Below are positions 1 to 22,915 of a stretch of 64,000 nucleotides of DNA, piece by piece (within the stretch, counting starts at the first letter, position 1; each line of letters begins with the position of its first letter). A model generated the notes under the pieces. That model searched no databases. It was not told the origin of the DNA and was given only the letters and a program-made list of their open reading frames with translations. The translations under genes and the position numbers were made by a program. The stretch lies in the NCBI RefSeq assembly GCF_009914755.1, contig NC_060936.1, one strand, 5' to 3'. Source of the DNA: the human T2T-CHM13v2.0 reference genome, Homo sapiens.

Positions 1-11
1 GGTTTGGGGGG

Positions 12-298
<287 letters not shown>

Positions 299-645
299 TG
301 TTGACAATTTGTGGGGCATGTAAAATATCTGCAGCCCTTTCAGCCAGTAAAACACCGAAGAATGTGTTACGTGGCTTCTCCATTCTCCTTCTTTCTCTGC
401 TCTACTAAATATTAAAGGGTTCTCCTTTTCCCAAGCCCAGTGGAAAAGCTTCAGGAAGCACGGAGGTATCAGAAGCATCCAAAGAGATCACACCAAGTAA
501 TTCCAAGTCACTCTCATTCACCCCATTGGAAGTTCCTGCCATCCTGTGTACCCTGGGGGCTCCTAATGCAGGCAGATAATATCCTTGGTGTGCTGTTAGG
601 CTGGAAGACTCCCTCATCTTTGCTCTTCTGTTTGAGAAAAGAAAT

Positions 646-925
646 GGCTGGACACGGTGGCTCACCCCTGTAATCCCAACATTTTGGGAGGCAAAGGCAG
701 GTGGATCACTTGAGGTCAAGAGTTCAAGACCAGCCTGGCCAACATGGTGAAATCCCATCTCTACTAAAAACACAAAGGTTAGCCGGGTGTGGTGGTGGAT
801 GACTGTAATCACAGCTACTCAAGGAGCTGAGGCAGAAGAATCGCTCGAACCCAGGAGGCGGAAGTTGCCGTGAGCCGAGATCACACCACTGCACTCCAGC
901 CTAGGCAACAGAGCAAGACTCTGCC

Positions 926-935
<10 letters not shown>
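646..935 (+). mobile_element. Alu (AluS-type), followed by a (TA)n tract to ~1022
   Basis: GGCTGGACACGGTGGCTCAC...CCAGCCTAGGCAACAGAGCAAGACTCT plus A tail. Confidence 0.9.
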
Positions 936-971
<36 letters not shown>

Positions 972-1569
972 ATACATTTATATATATATATATAACATAT
1001 ACATTTATATATATATATATATTATATTTATATTTTAATAAATGAATAGAATTCATCACCTAACTTCTAAAGCTACTTCTCTAGATGAAATTCTGGGCAC
1101 TTAGGAGTCAGCAGTGGTATACTGAGTGCATTGCTCTTGCTCACAGGTGCTTCTTTTCTGTCCCATGGCAGGCGGCACCAACATAAGGCTTCTGCAAAGC
1201 TGAGAGCTCCTTTTACCCATGGATCAGGAGCAAAGTTTGCAGCTACACTGTCAGGCTGTGTTTGGATGTTAGCAGTTAGTTTAGCTTTGCGTCTTCAGAG
1301 CAATTGTTCTTAGCTACTTAAGAAAAAAAAAAACCCGATAAAGCATTTGCTGCTCCATAGGATGGGAGCACCCTCTGTTTTCAGGGCATTTGAGGCCCTC
1401 TGGCATGTGTTTTTGATGTTTATTATTGTCAGGGCTGTCCCTGTAATTTCCCAGAAATAGAACTCCTGAAAGCTGTTTCCCAGAAAGGACAGCAATAGAG
1501 ATAATGGATGCCAGAGACAGAGAACACTCTGGTGCCAGATCCTTGGGCTGCTATGTCAGACATTTGCTT

Positions 1570-2033
<464 letters not shown>

Positions 2034-2519
2034 CAGCTGTTATTATTTTTAATTGATGCCTAATACTTGATACCTAATACATATTTAATTGATACCTAAT
2101 ACATATTTACAGGGTACATTTTGATATTTTGATACATGTTTACAATGTATAAGGATCAAATAAGGGTGATTAGTATATCCATCACCTCAAACATTTATTA
2201 TTTCTTTGTGTTGGGAGGTTCAAAATCTGCTGTTCTAGCTATTTGAAAATATACAATAAATTATTGTTAATTACAGTCACCCTATAGTGCTTTAGAGCAC
2301 TAGAACTTATTTTCCATATCTAGCTGTACTTTGGTATCCATTAAACAACCGTTAGACTGTGTGCAGCGGCTCATGTCTGTAATCCCAGCACTTTGGGAGG
2401 TCGAGGCAGGAGGATCACCTGAGATCAGGAATTCAAGACCAGCCTGGGCAACATGGCAAGATCCTTCTTGGAAAAAAAAAAGAGAGAAATAAAATAAAGG
2501 AAAAGGAAAGAAAATAAAA

Positions 2520-3890
<1,371 letters not shown>

Positions 3891-5691
3891 CAGGACCTGA
3901 TTCTAGTTCCCTGCCCTGTAGAAACAGTAGAAACAGATCCCTGGTACCCTGCTTAGGTACTAAGCCAGCTAGATGTGAGCAGATGAGAAAATCAAATCCT
4001 TCTATTTTGCCAGGGATTAATTCATTCCCAGGATTGTAAATATTACATTTCACTTTTCATGTCACAGAACTGTGAGATTAGAAGGTGAGATGGGCAGCCT
4101 GCCCAGCAAGACATTATGATGTATACAACACAGTGAACTACTAAGAAGGTGTCTTTAAAGGCATTTACAATGCATAGCTTTTTTTTCTCCTTTTAATTTT
4201 GCTGCTCTTTATTTGTAGTAGTAGATAAGGAATTAAGAAAGCAAAAATAGGTGCTTTGACTAGGTCTTTTGCCTTTGAAAGTAGCATTAGTAAAATCCCC
4301 TCTTCTTTTTTCTTGTAAACTTTACCCAATTCACTCTGCCCCCAGCCCATCTGTGTTCACTTGCTGTTCTTGCTGCTCTCAGTTTTTAAAAGCTTATTCT
4401 AAAATTACATGAAAGCAACGCCATTTTGACAAAATTAGAATTCTGGTAGGAATGGCTTACCATGAGGCCCTTGAGAGAGGCCCAGCAAGACTTTTGTACT
4501 TTTTATTTCAACCTCTCTTGGTTAAACCTACAATTTGGTAGATGATATAATTACCTCCCTTGGGCAGGTCTGTATCTCTGCCTTGGAGAAATAACAAAGT
4601 CCAAAGTAGTCTCTTCGTTCAAAGATGTTGGAAATGAAGGCTTTTTGATCTTTATGTATTAACATTTGGGTTTTAATCTTTCTGGGCCTCCTGACAGAAA
4701 ATTCCTTTAAATTTATTATATAATTCTAAAATATTGGACATATTTGTTTCAAGCATCTGTCAATATCCTTACTCTTTTCATTCCACTCCCCATTGCCCTC
4801 ATTAGTCATCAGGTCCTACTGATTTTTAACTCCTAAGTATTTCTCAAATCTGTCTCCTCAGCATGTACTGTTGGTTATATAACTCCCACTCCATTGTCAC
4901 TGTGCTGCTTTAGACTATTTTTTCTTCTCTAGATCAGTGCCTGGCTTATATTATGAGCTTCATAAAGTTGGATCAATGAATGAATGAATGATTCATAATC
5001 TGGACAACTGCACTCTAACACTTAACTGAAAAAAAGTCTAAAGATATGTATTCCATGTAAAAGCATCTATCTGAAATGCAAATCTTACTTTGATAATTTC
5101 CAGATTACTAAACCTCTTAGATGGCTCCCAGGCATCCCCAAAACCATCTCTCATTTCACTGATCAAAAAAGTAAAATTTAAAAATTTTAAAACTAAAAAA
5201 AAATTGAGCATTTCTTTGGTCAAAAAACAAAAACAAAAATGATCTCTGAGCATGCCTCACTGACACCCCGCTCTGCTGTGCACCCCTCTCCCACCCCCAG
5301 CCTACAGGGAACACCCAATAACCTCTTCTTTGCTGCATAACCCTTACCTTCCTTTTTCAAGACTCATACTTTCTCCTTAGAAACTTTTCGCCCCACTTCC
5401 TGGAAACAGTAGATTCTTTCTTGCTTATGGTTTTTGTAATGACATCAGCCATTTAGAACTCATGATGTGCCCAAGCCCCACTATCTGCCTCTCCACAGAT
5501 CTCACTCAGACAATCCATCAGGAGTTAGTCACAGATCTAAAGTAAGGAGCTAGAAGAGAGCTTCAGGCTTGGTCTCTTTGGGTTGAAGCTAGAAAACCAA
5601 TCTATGCTGAACACAAAAAAGAAGCTGAGTAATAGCCAACCTATACATCCTAGGAATAACTATTGCTTTTTTTGCCCTCAGCCAGTCTCTC

Positions 5692-6200
5692 TGTTGGGAG
5701 CAAGCCCCCCAAAATCTGGCCATAAACTGGCCCCAAAACTGGCCATAAAATCTCTGCAGCACTGTGACATGTTCATAATGGTCCTAACGCCCAAGCTGGA
5801 GGGTTGTGGGTTTACAGGAATGAGGGCAAAGAACACCTGGCCTGCCCAGGGTGGAAAACCACTTGAAGGCATTCTTAAGCCACAAACAATAGCATGAGCG
5901 ATTTATGCCTTAAGGGCATGTTCCTGCTTCAGTTAACTAGCCCAACATATTTCTTTAATTTGGCCCATCCCTTCGTTTCCCATAAGGGATACTTTTAGTT
6001 AATTTAATATCTATAGGAACAGTGCTAATGACTGGTTTGCTGTTAATTAATATGTGGGTAAATCTCTGTTCAGGGATCTCAGCTCTGAAGGCTGTGAGAC
6101 CCCTGATTTCCCACTTCAGACCTCTATATTTCTGTGTGTGTTTCTTTAATTCCTCTAGCGCCGCTGGGTTAGGGTCTCCCTGACTGAGCTGGTCTCGGCA
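5692..6200 (+). mobile_element. MER9 solo LTR (HERV-K HML-3/HERVK9)
   Basis: TG...CA termini (TGTTGGGAGCAAGCCCCCCAAAATCTGGCCATAAAC...GGTCTCGGCA); perfect 6-bp TSD TCTCTC at 5686-5691 and 6201-6206. Confidence 0.9.
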
Positions 6201-6550
6201 TCTCTCCACAGTTCCTCTCTCCTTCTTTACATTTCTTTTAAACACAGTATATTAACACAACACTGTGTGAGAACTGGGATTCAGAAAACCAAGATATAGG
6301 TCTCCAAGAGCTATGCTATGAGTCAGCCATGAAAACTGTCTGGGCCTCATTGACTGAGTCTGTAAAATCTGACTTGATGAGGATTATATTCATTGAACTC
6401 TGAGGTCCTGTCCATTTCTTACACCCTGATTCAAGGACCACACAGAACCTCTAACCCAGATGTTCTTAAATAGCCTTCTTGTATGTCTGGGAAGATGATG
6501 AAAGAACTTCAAGGGGATCATGAGCTCTTTAAATTCTATGTAAAATCCAA

Positions 6551-6959
<409 letters not shown>

Positions 6960-7125
6960 TCAAGGTAATGGCAGTCTATCGTTGCCCTACTATGTACTCT
7001 CTTTTTATTATTTTATTTATTGATTTTTTTAGAGACATGGTCTCACTCCTCAGGTCATCCCACCTCAGCCTCCTGAGTAGCTAGGATCACAGGCATGCCC
7101 CAGCATGCCTAAAAAAAATTTTGAT

Positions 7126-7422
7126 GCTGGGCACAGTGGTTCACGCCTTGAATCCCAGAGCTTTGAGAGGCTAAGGCAGGAGGATTGATTAAGTCCAGGA
7201 GTTCAAGAACCTGAGAAATGTAGAGAGACCCCATTTCTATTACAAAAAAATAAAAAATAAAAACATTAGTTGGGCCCAGTGGCATTCACCTATAGTGCCA
7301 GCCACTTATGAGGCTGAGGCAGAGGATTGCTTGAACCCAGTTCAAGGCTGTATTGAGCTATGATTGTGCCTCTGCACTCAGCCTGGGTGACACAGCAAGA
7401 CCCTATCAAAAAAAAAAAAAAA
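7126..7422 (+). mobile_element. Old Alu (AluJ-type), preceded by a minus-strand Alu fragment at ~7010-7120
   Basis: Diverged dimeric Alu with A tail. Confidence 0.8.
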
Positions 7423-8556
7423 GTAAGGCTACAGGGAAGAAAGTATTTGGATAACAGTAAAAAAGTTAAACTCATGACGTTGGACTTTATGAAATGTGTT
7501 TACCCCAGAGCTGTTTACTGTATGATAAGTCCCTCCTAGATAGTATTCAAGGTTTAATGCAAAATCTCCAAGGACTTCTCTTGGTAGCAATGGTATTCTT
7601 TAGGAGGGCACGTTACTGAATCCTTCCTATAAAATGGCTCAAGATCCACTTCATGAGCTTCCAGAATAACTCCTGAAGCTACTCATGTTCCCCACTGGAA
7701 AACACATTACCACTACAAGACTGGCAAACATGAACCAGCATGGTAGAAACTTGGCAGGAAGAAAGCTCAAAATTTAGCACTTGGCCAGGCAATGTGTAAT
7801 TTCTGTGAAAATTGCAGGCTAACAGTCAGTGAATTTGTCAGAAGGGGAGTTATTTGCTAGAGTTCTAGCCACCATTCTTGGAGAGCTGATGGTTCAATCT
7901 ACCCTTCCTCCAGCCTGGGTCTGGACAGGGGTTGGCTCTTGTTCATTCCTGATGCATAGCCATCCTTAGTGGTCACTGCATTCTGAAGGGGTTTAGTGGG
8001 AATGTGGGCCTTGGGCAATGAACCCGAAGTTAACTCATGTGAGTTCCCAGAGCAGATTTGTGTTCAGTTCAGCTAACATTTATAGAGCACCTAATGACTG
8101 CTACATGCTGCCTGAGAGAGAGAGAGGATGGAACAGTGTCTGCCCTTGAGAAGTTCAGAGGGATGGGGAGAACCTAATGTGGTCAGAGCAGTTGTAGAGA
8201 TAATGCCCATGGGACTGAAGGAGCATAGAGGCCAGGGTAGAACGAGGCTTCCAAAGATAGTCCTGAGCTGTGAGAAGCTTCTCAGTGTCTGTGAGGAACT
8301 AGCCACAAGGAGAGTGAGAGTACCAAAGCACAGAATGCAGGAGTTGGGATGACTGTTAAGCCAAGAAGCAGATGGGCAGGGTGAGGACTAGGGTGCAAAA
8401 TTTAAGGCAACACTCAGTCTCAGGGTCGTGCACATGCAGGGTCAGCAACTGAGAGTGTGTGTCTCCTTAATTTTGCATCCTAGGCACCTCATCTGCCCAG
8501 CCCTGCAGTTGGGTACAGTCGTGATTGGCTTTCTGGGCCATGATGAAGAGCTGGGA

Positions 8557-9432
8557 TTTTTTTATTTTTTATTTTTGATGAAGTCTCGCTCTGTTGCCCA
8601 AGCTGGAGTACAGTGGGGCGATCTCGTGATCTCGGCTCACTGCAACCTCCCTCTCCCGGGTTCAAACTATTCTCCTGCCTCAGCCTCCTGAGTAGCTGGA
8701 ATTACAGGCACATGCCACCATGCCTGGCTAATTTTTGTATTTTTAGTAGATTCAGGGTTTCACTATGTTGGCCAGGCTGGTCTTGAACTCCTGACCTCAG
8801 ATGATCCACCCGCCTCGGCCTCCCAAAGTGCTTGGATTACAGATGTGAGCCACCGTCTCTGGCTGGAATTTTAACTTTAGATCATGGAGGGCCTTCAAGC
8901 ATTTGAAGCTGGGGACTGACGTGGCAAGATTGGCATTTTAGAAATATTGCCCCAGATTGGGCGTGGTGGCTCACACCTGTAATCCCAGAACTTTGGGAGG
9001 TCGAGGCAGGCAGACTGCTTGAGCCCAGGAGTTCAAGGCCAGCCTGGGCAACATACCAAGACCTCATCTCTACAAAAAAAAAAAAAAAAATTACCCAGGT
9101 GTGGTGGCCTGCACCTGTAGTCTCAGCTACTCTGGAGGAGTCTGAGGTGGGAGGATCCCTTGACCAGGGAGGTGGAGTTTATAGTGAACTTTGATCCAGC
9201 CTGGGTGACAGAGGGAGATCGTGTTTCAAAAACAAATATCACCCAAACAATTGTTGTGGTGAGACTTGAATGGAGACAGAGACCATTTTGGAAGCTGTTG
9301 TTGGAGCCAGGCACAATGGTGTGTACCTGTAGCCCAGCTACTCGGGAGACAGAGGCGGGAGGATCACTTTAATCTAGGAATTCAAGTCCAGTCTGGGCAA
9401 CATAGTGAGACTCCATCTCTTTAAAAAAAAAA
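8557..9432. mobile_element. Alu cluster (minus 8557-8863, plus 8955-9230, FLAM 9305-9432) embedded in probable L2 remnants
   Basis: Alu motifs are clear; the purine-rich flanks (~8100-10200) resemble L2 3' region less certainly. Confidence 0.75.
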
Positions 9433-10270
9433 AGTAGGGGGGGTGGGGGGTTGCTATTTTAATAGTCCAAGCAAGAGATGAGACCCAAACTAAGGGTCAG
9501 GTGGAAGAAGGCAGTTTAATCATATTTAGGAGGTAAAAAACAGGGGGCCTGAACTGAATGCATTGATGAAGAAGCAGAAGGCTGTGCGATGACCCCGGGA
9601 CTCTAGGGCAGCTGCTGGGCAGTAGAGATGGGGATGTTCAGCGAGTCGTGAGTAGGGGAGGAGGGGGAGTTGGCATGGGGCTGGGGGCTGGGAGAACTGT
9701 GGATTTGATCTTGAAATATTTGAGGTTAGGGTGCCTGTGGGGTGAACAGAGGAGATGTATACCCCACAGGCACCTTACATCTCCAGCAGTTGGACCCATG
9801 AATGTGACGTTAGAGAAATGAGAGCTGGGAGACATACTTCAGCGTGTACTTTGTAGATTAAGCCACATGGATTTTCCAGGGAGGAATTGTAGTTTCAGGA
9901 GAAAAGTGGTCTGAGGATTCAACCCTGGGAAACTGTAGTAACCAATTACCAACATTTAAGGTCCAAGAAGGGTCTACCTTAACGTGCCAAGGGAGATGGC
10001 CAGGGGTAGAAGGCAAAGAAAGAGAAGAGGTGTCTGGAAGTCTTGGAGTGACCAACAGTGTCAATACTCCAGGGAGGTCAAGTGGCAGGAGACCTGGGAA
10101 CCTGCATGGGTGTGGTGGTTGTTGTCCTGAACCTGATGAAGTATTTAACAGAGTGGTCAAGGCAGAAGCCAGACTGTAACCGTTTGAGAAGACAAAAAGC
10201 GAGGAAAAACTCAGGGATATAGACCAATAACTGGTTCCTAACTATGCAGCTTTTTTGAATATGAAACCCT

Positions 10271-10880
<610 letters not shown>

Positions 10881-12364
10881 AAGAACGCTGGGCTCCACCT
10901 GACAGATTCAAATTCATTTGCTTTAGCACAGGGCCATGGAATCTGTTCTAGCATCCTAAAAGCTGCCTCAGTGAGTTAACAAAACGGACTGGTATTGAAA
11001 GAGCTGTCAACAAGTTGTGGCAAAGAGAAGGCTCCTCTGTGAGGCAGGGAAGTAGGGTCAAATAAAAGGTGTTTTTTTGTTTTTTTTTTTTTGAGGAGAG
11101 GTGCTGATTTAGGATAAGTAAAATTGTTGTCAGACAGCACAAGAATCTAGGAAAGGCTTGAGACCTTGAAACTGTGGTGGCCTCAGCAGGTGCTTCTGTG
11201 AACTTTCTCCTCTCTCAGCAGGGTGGAGTCAGGAGCAGAGAAGGCAGATGGTGGGATGACCCCAAGTTAGGGTTTTATCAGAGAGGAAGAGCAGGAGGAC
11301 AGGGTGTAAGGTAGATCAAGGAGTGTTACTAAGGGGCTCAGGTCCTAGACAGTGGGTCTTGCAGGTAGGCAATGAGGATTGTGAGGGACAGGAAAGATGC
11401 ATGGCAAGGGGCCCTGAAAACCAGGGGAATATGGCAACACCAGTCCCAGGAGGGGAGCAGGTCTAACAGGAATGCCCTTGCGCATGTGCAGGAGAGCAGC
11501 AAGGCTAGGAGGCTGCAGACAGGCAGTGGGTAACTGAAAGGTGAACTTTCTACTAGACAGCAAATCCCCGGATGCCATCCCGATGGAGATCTAAGATGAA
11601 AAATACCGCGCCATAAAAATGCCTTACATGGTTCTAACCATGAAGCATAAAATTGCCTTTTCAACTGAAAACGATCTTCAGCTTCGTTTACCATTTTATG
11701 CTTTGGATGTCATGTAACATCCAGAAGCAATACCCTCCCCTGTTGAAAGTCAAAGTAAAATCAGAAAATGCTTAGTGCCAAGGAAAAAAAACAAACAACA
11801 ACAACAACAACAACAAAAAAAAAACAGAAGACAAAAAACCAGCAATAGAATAAAGCTGCAAACCCAAATCACCAGCACAGGAAAGAGAAAACAACCTGCA
11901 GCATAGACAAGTTTGATGTTGTGTTATCTGTGAAAATGTATGGAAACATTAATTTACCCAAAAATTCCCAAGGTGCTTTACTTGCCAACCACTGGAAGGA
12001 AGTAGAAATTCCCACTCAGGGTACTTTTAATTATCATCCTCTTTATGTTGTTTCCTAAAATAACAACAGGCATTCTAGAGATGATTTACCAAGATGGCCT
12101 AATGAGGTGTCAGATGAATACCTGTGCCCATGAGCCCCTTTACCTCAGGCCTCCTTATGCAAATTTGAATGACTCTTCTGAACCTGACTAGATAAAAAAA
12201 CAGACATAATTCGAGCAGCTGGGCTGGAAGCACAGCTGGGCCATCCCCATAGAGACCAGACTCTAGCACCACCTGCTCTTCCTTGCCCCAGCGTTTCTCC
12301 CCACTCTTGCTTTTCAGAGCAGCAGCCCACCTGAACCTGGGTCTTCCTCAGATGATCTCCACAT

Positions 12365-12530
12365 CAGTGCTTGTCAGCATTCATGTACACACAGATCAGC
12401 TGGGCAACTTGTGAAAATGCAGATTCAGACTCAGTTGTTGGGGTGGAGTCTCTGGATGTATGTATCTAACAAGCCCCCAGGTGATGCATGTGGTCATCAG
12501 ATGGTCCTAGTTCCACACTTGGAAGAGCTA
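12365..12530 (+). mobile_element. MER5A-like hAT-Charlie MITE
   Basis: CTTGTGAAAATGCAGATTC...GGGGTGGAG...CTAACAAGCCCCCAGGTGATGC...CCACACTTGGAAG resembles the recalled MER5A consensus. Confidence 0.65.
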
Positions 12531-12819
12531 TTTAGAGCCTCTAAAATAGCTACTCCCCTATGCAGTGTTTGAGTCCCAGACTTCTCGATTCTGCCAGCAC
12601 CCGGATGCTTCTGGGACAGGATGCTTCCTGTTCATCTTGGATCAACACATCACAAAGGCCTTCCTGTATTGAGCTGAGATCTGTCTACCTAGGGCCTACC
12701 TTCACCTGATCTACTTCTGGGCCTTGGATCCTATGAAGCAGGTTTAAGGCCTTAGAAAGTGGCTGGCATGTCCCCCAAGTATTTTCTTCAGGCAAAACAT
12801 GCCAGGTCCTCTGGCTATT

Positions 12820-13314
<495 letters not shown>

Positions 13315-13635
13315 TAGTCATTTCCTTCTGATCCTGCTCTGTGTGTCTTTAGGCCTCTCCTTTTGTGATACCCATGCTGCAAAAAGTAGCTTGGGACTGT
13401 CACCACCTCATTACAGAGAGCCTTTATGTGACTCGTGTTGAACTTGCTGTCAGCCATCATCCTTAAAGTCATTTTTACACATGCTGTGGATCAGCTACAT
13501 TTCTTCCTAGTCAGTAATGATTATAATAATTATACTTAACAATTATGAGAATTAGTATAGCAAGATGGCTAAGAACATAGGCTCTGGAATGAGACTGCCT
13601 AGTGGGAAGCACTATGATTGGCACCATGTGTTATC

Positions 13636-14114
13636 TATCACCATCATCACCACCATCACCATCACCATCATCGCCATCGCTATCATCAACATCATCATCA
13701 CCATCACTATCACCGCCATCATCACCATCGCTATCACCATCATCATCACTATCACCATCATCACTACAACCATTATTACCATCACCATCACTACCATCAC
13801 TATCAACATCATACCACCATCACCATCATCACCATCACTATCACCACCATCATCACCATCACCAGTCATCACCATCACTATCACCACCATCATCACCATC
13901 ACCATCACCACCATCATCATCACTATCATCATCACCATCATTACCATCACTGTCACCACATCATCATACCAACACCATCATCAACATAACCACCATCATC
14001 ACCATCACCGTAATCATCAGCACCATCACCATCATCCATCACCATCACCACCATCACTATCACCACCACCACCATCATCACCATCACCATCATCATCATC
14101 ATCATCATCACCAT
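13636..14114. repeat. Degenerate (CAT/CAC)n trinucleotide low-complexity tract with MIR-like flanks
   Basis: ~480 bp of CAC/CAT/TAT/CAA triplets; downstream flank TTTCTCACAACAACTTTATAATGTAGG...TTTTACAAGTGAGGAAG is MIR-like. Confidence 0.95.
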
Positions 14115-15837
14115 GTTAAGTAAGTACTTTGCCTACATTAACTGATTTATTTCTCACAACAACTTTATAATGTAGGGGCTATTATTATCCTAGTTTTACA
14201 AGTGAGGAAGTGGGACCTCACAAGATTATGTTTTGTGCTGAGGGTAACAGTGACAAGAGTCTAAACCTGTGGAGGGTCCTTTGGTTGGTTTTATTTGTTA
14301 TGTTATTGACCAAAGTGCAAGACCATATCTGTTCCTGCTATTCATAAATTTCATCTTTTAGTCAGCACTTTACCCTTATTTTACACTATCTTTTGGATTC
14401 CTGGTTCTGTCATCCCAAGTGTATCTGCCTCCTAGCTTCATGCCATCTGTCATATTGTGAGAAAAATATGTATCTTCACCTAGATCATATGCAAGGTCAG
14501 AGGCCATGTGGCAATTCCCTACAGATTCTGTTCACTGAAGCCTGATGGTGCATATCTCCTGAAGCTCCCCGAGCCTATAGTCTTGTAACCCACTCAGAGG
14601 AGCCTAGGGAGTGGTCAGACATGATTTGTATTTGAACATATTTGTATTTGGTTCCTGGGAAACGTGTTTCCTCCTTGCTTTCAGGTCTCCATTCCAGAAT
14701 CTTTTCCAAGACTGACAGCTCCCTCCAAATTTATAGTTGCTGAAATCAATCCTCTGGGCAGGGCCAAATAGAAAGCAGGGTCTGCAGAACACACATCCCA
14801 GAGGTGATAATGACAGTTAATCCCTGCAGATAGTTAGATCTAGGAGACTGTCCCTGGGCTTCAGGGCTCCCTGCCTCTGAATCAGTGCATTTGCAGTGCA
14901 AATGCAAGCCTCTATGTTCCCCCTAAACTATAGGTGGCTGAGCAGCCATGGTGTTGCCAGCATTTCTATAAAGGAGGAGCTCAAGGCAGCAATCTCATCA
15001 GATGTGAGGCTGGGGCTGGCCTTGAATTTAGATTGTTTATTTGGGGCAGTTTGCAAGGAGGGGGTGCCATGATGAGATTATGTGAGCTAAATCCCCCACA
15101 TAAAACCATTTTGTGCCACTGCTCCTGTGCCAACTGACCAGAAAGACTAGAGTGATTTCTTCCCTCTCTCCTTTCCTGGTTCTGTTCTCTGACCCTGGGT
15201 GATTAATGTAACCTAGCTATGTTCAATTACCCATCCTTTTCACGATGTTGGCATGTCTGCCACCTGTCCCTGGTGCTCTTCTTGGTTTCCTGTGAGCCGT
15301 GACAATGGGAGCCTTGCGACTTTTGGAGGAGAGCAGGAGGCCCTGGGTCTTCCATTAGTCTGGGCTCCCTAATCACACCATTGTCACTGGAGCCTGCACG
15401 AGCTGGGAAGTTGCAAAACAAGCCTGCAAAGAACATTCTTCCACTCCAATAAGTTCCCCTCATGAAATCAAGCAAACCCTGAATGTTTTCTCTTGGTGTG
15501 GTCAGGCAGAAGGGCTGTCTCTCTCATATTAGAGCAGTCAGTGATCATTGGCTAACTGAGACTAACGGCACATCTAGAAGAATTTGGAGAAGGCTGTCTT
15601 GGTTCTCTTAGAACAGCATGTGGCCCTAGCAGTGCACCTGTTTTTGGATAGCGGTGCCTCCGCAAGCCATGAAAGCTGATGGGGCAGGGAGGGGAGCTCC
15701 AGCCAGAAATGGGAAGTCTCTCAAACCTTAGTGAAGTGATCTTGAATCTCTGATTTACAGTGCTGATTTTGACACATTATTCTCAGCAAAACAGTGGTTT
15801 AGGGCACGGTCTCAAGCTCTATCTAGGTTGAAATTTT

Positions 15838-17440
<1,603 letters not shown>

Positions 17441-17911
17441 GAGTTTGACTGCCAAACAGGTGAGCAGGATGCTCCTAGGAGGTTGGTAACAGTGATTGGT
17501 GATCCATGACAACTGGGATCCACTGAAACTCAGGGATACACAGTTTGCCTAATCAGCCCTATTTTTTGAGCTATCATTAGGGACAATTTTTCACTTTCTC
17601 TGATGCTTCATTTCTCTGCAGCTTCTGAAAGCTGTTGATTTGCTCAGATTAAGACCAGCTTCTGTGCCTTTAGCTTCTCAGATTGTTGTGTACGTGCTCA
17701 AGAGTATGGAGAAATCATAAACAGTCCAGAAGGAAGCCCTGGCATACTATCCAAAGTTTTTGCCACATTGCTGTGGGAGGAGTCTGTGTTTCTTGACCAA
17801 ACCCTTGAGGTTATGTGACTGCAAGATTTCAAATGTGCATTTCAACATCAGGTCATGATGGGGCAACTTGTTTTGTGATGAATAGCACTATAAGAAGAAC
17901 ATATTCTATAG

Positions 17912-18491
<580 letters not shown>

Positions 18492-18753
18492 TCACTCTGG
18501 AATGTTTTCAAGTTTAGTGGGGACGATTCAGGAAACAAGCTGACTCTGGAAATGACACAGAATTCACAGTGTTATTGTTTCTTTGAAAGGTGGGCGGTTA
18601 GTGGTTTTTCCTTAACATTCATTCATATACTTCTAGTAAGTACCATTAAGTTTCATACAGTTTACATATACCTGGTTTCACTGCATCTGGAGAGATTCCG
18701 GATAGTTCTTGTTAATGAGAAGTCCTGGGGTGGAGCTACAATGCACCATCCAT

Positions 18754-19225
18754 TGTGAACCCTGATAACTTGGGACAGGTCTCAGTGAATTTAGAAAATT
18801 TATTTGGCCAAGGTTGAGGACACACACCCATGACACAGCCTCAGGAGGTTCTGAGGACGTGTGCCTAAGGTCATCAGAGCACAGTTTGGTTTTATACATT
18901 CTAGGAACACCGGAGACATCAATCAATGTGTGCAAGATGAACATTGGTTCAGTCTGCAAAGGCGGGACAACTTGAAGCAAAGGCGGGAATTCTCAAAGCA
19001 AGGAGGGGACTTTCGGCTCATAGGTAGTTGAGAGACAAATGGGTGCATTCTTTTGAGTTTCTGATTAGCCTCTCCAAAGGAGAAAATTAAATATGCATTT
19101 ATCTCGGTGAGCAGAGGAGTGACTTTGAATAGAATGGGAGGCAGAATGGCCCTAAGCAGTTCCCATCTTGAGTTTTCCCTTTAGCTTAGTGTTTTGGAAG
19201 CCCCAAAATTTATTTTTCTTTTACA
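18754..19225 (-). mobile_element. MER4A-type ERV1 solo LTR
   Basis: Minus strand starts TGTAAAAGAAAAATAAATTTTGGGGCTTCC...CTAAGCTAAAGGGAAAA and ends GGGTTCACA; flanks CCAT/CAAT form an imperfect 4-bp TSD. Confidence 0.8.
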
Positions 19226-19297
19226 CAATTTTTAAAACCCAGGTAGAAGTGTCCATTCTTGTTAAAGAAACAAAGGAAGCAAGAAAAGCAAACAATA

Positions 19298-22915
<3,618 letters not shown>

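Noticed and set aside
2068-2110. Short tandem duplication TGATACCTAATACATATTTA x2 (similar case at ~36946-36987)
   Set aside because: Ordinary slippage duplications inside old repeats
4455-4535. Possible minus-strand exon bounded by TTGTAG and GTAAGC
   Set aside because: Weak pyrimidine tract, no recognisable peptide and no supporting neighbouring exons
13565-14123. His-, Ile/Thr- and Ser/Pro-rich ORFs resembling metal-binding or membrane proteins
   Set aside because: By-product of a stop-free CAY repeat; no unique coding flanks or exon structure
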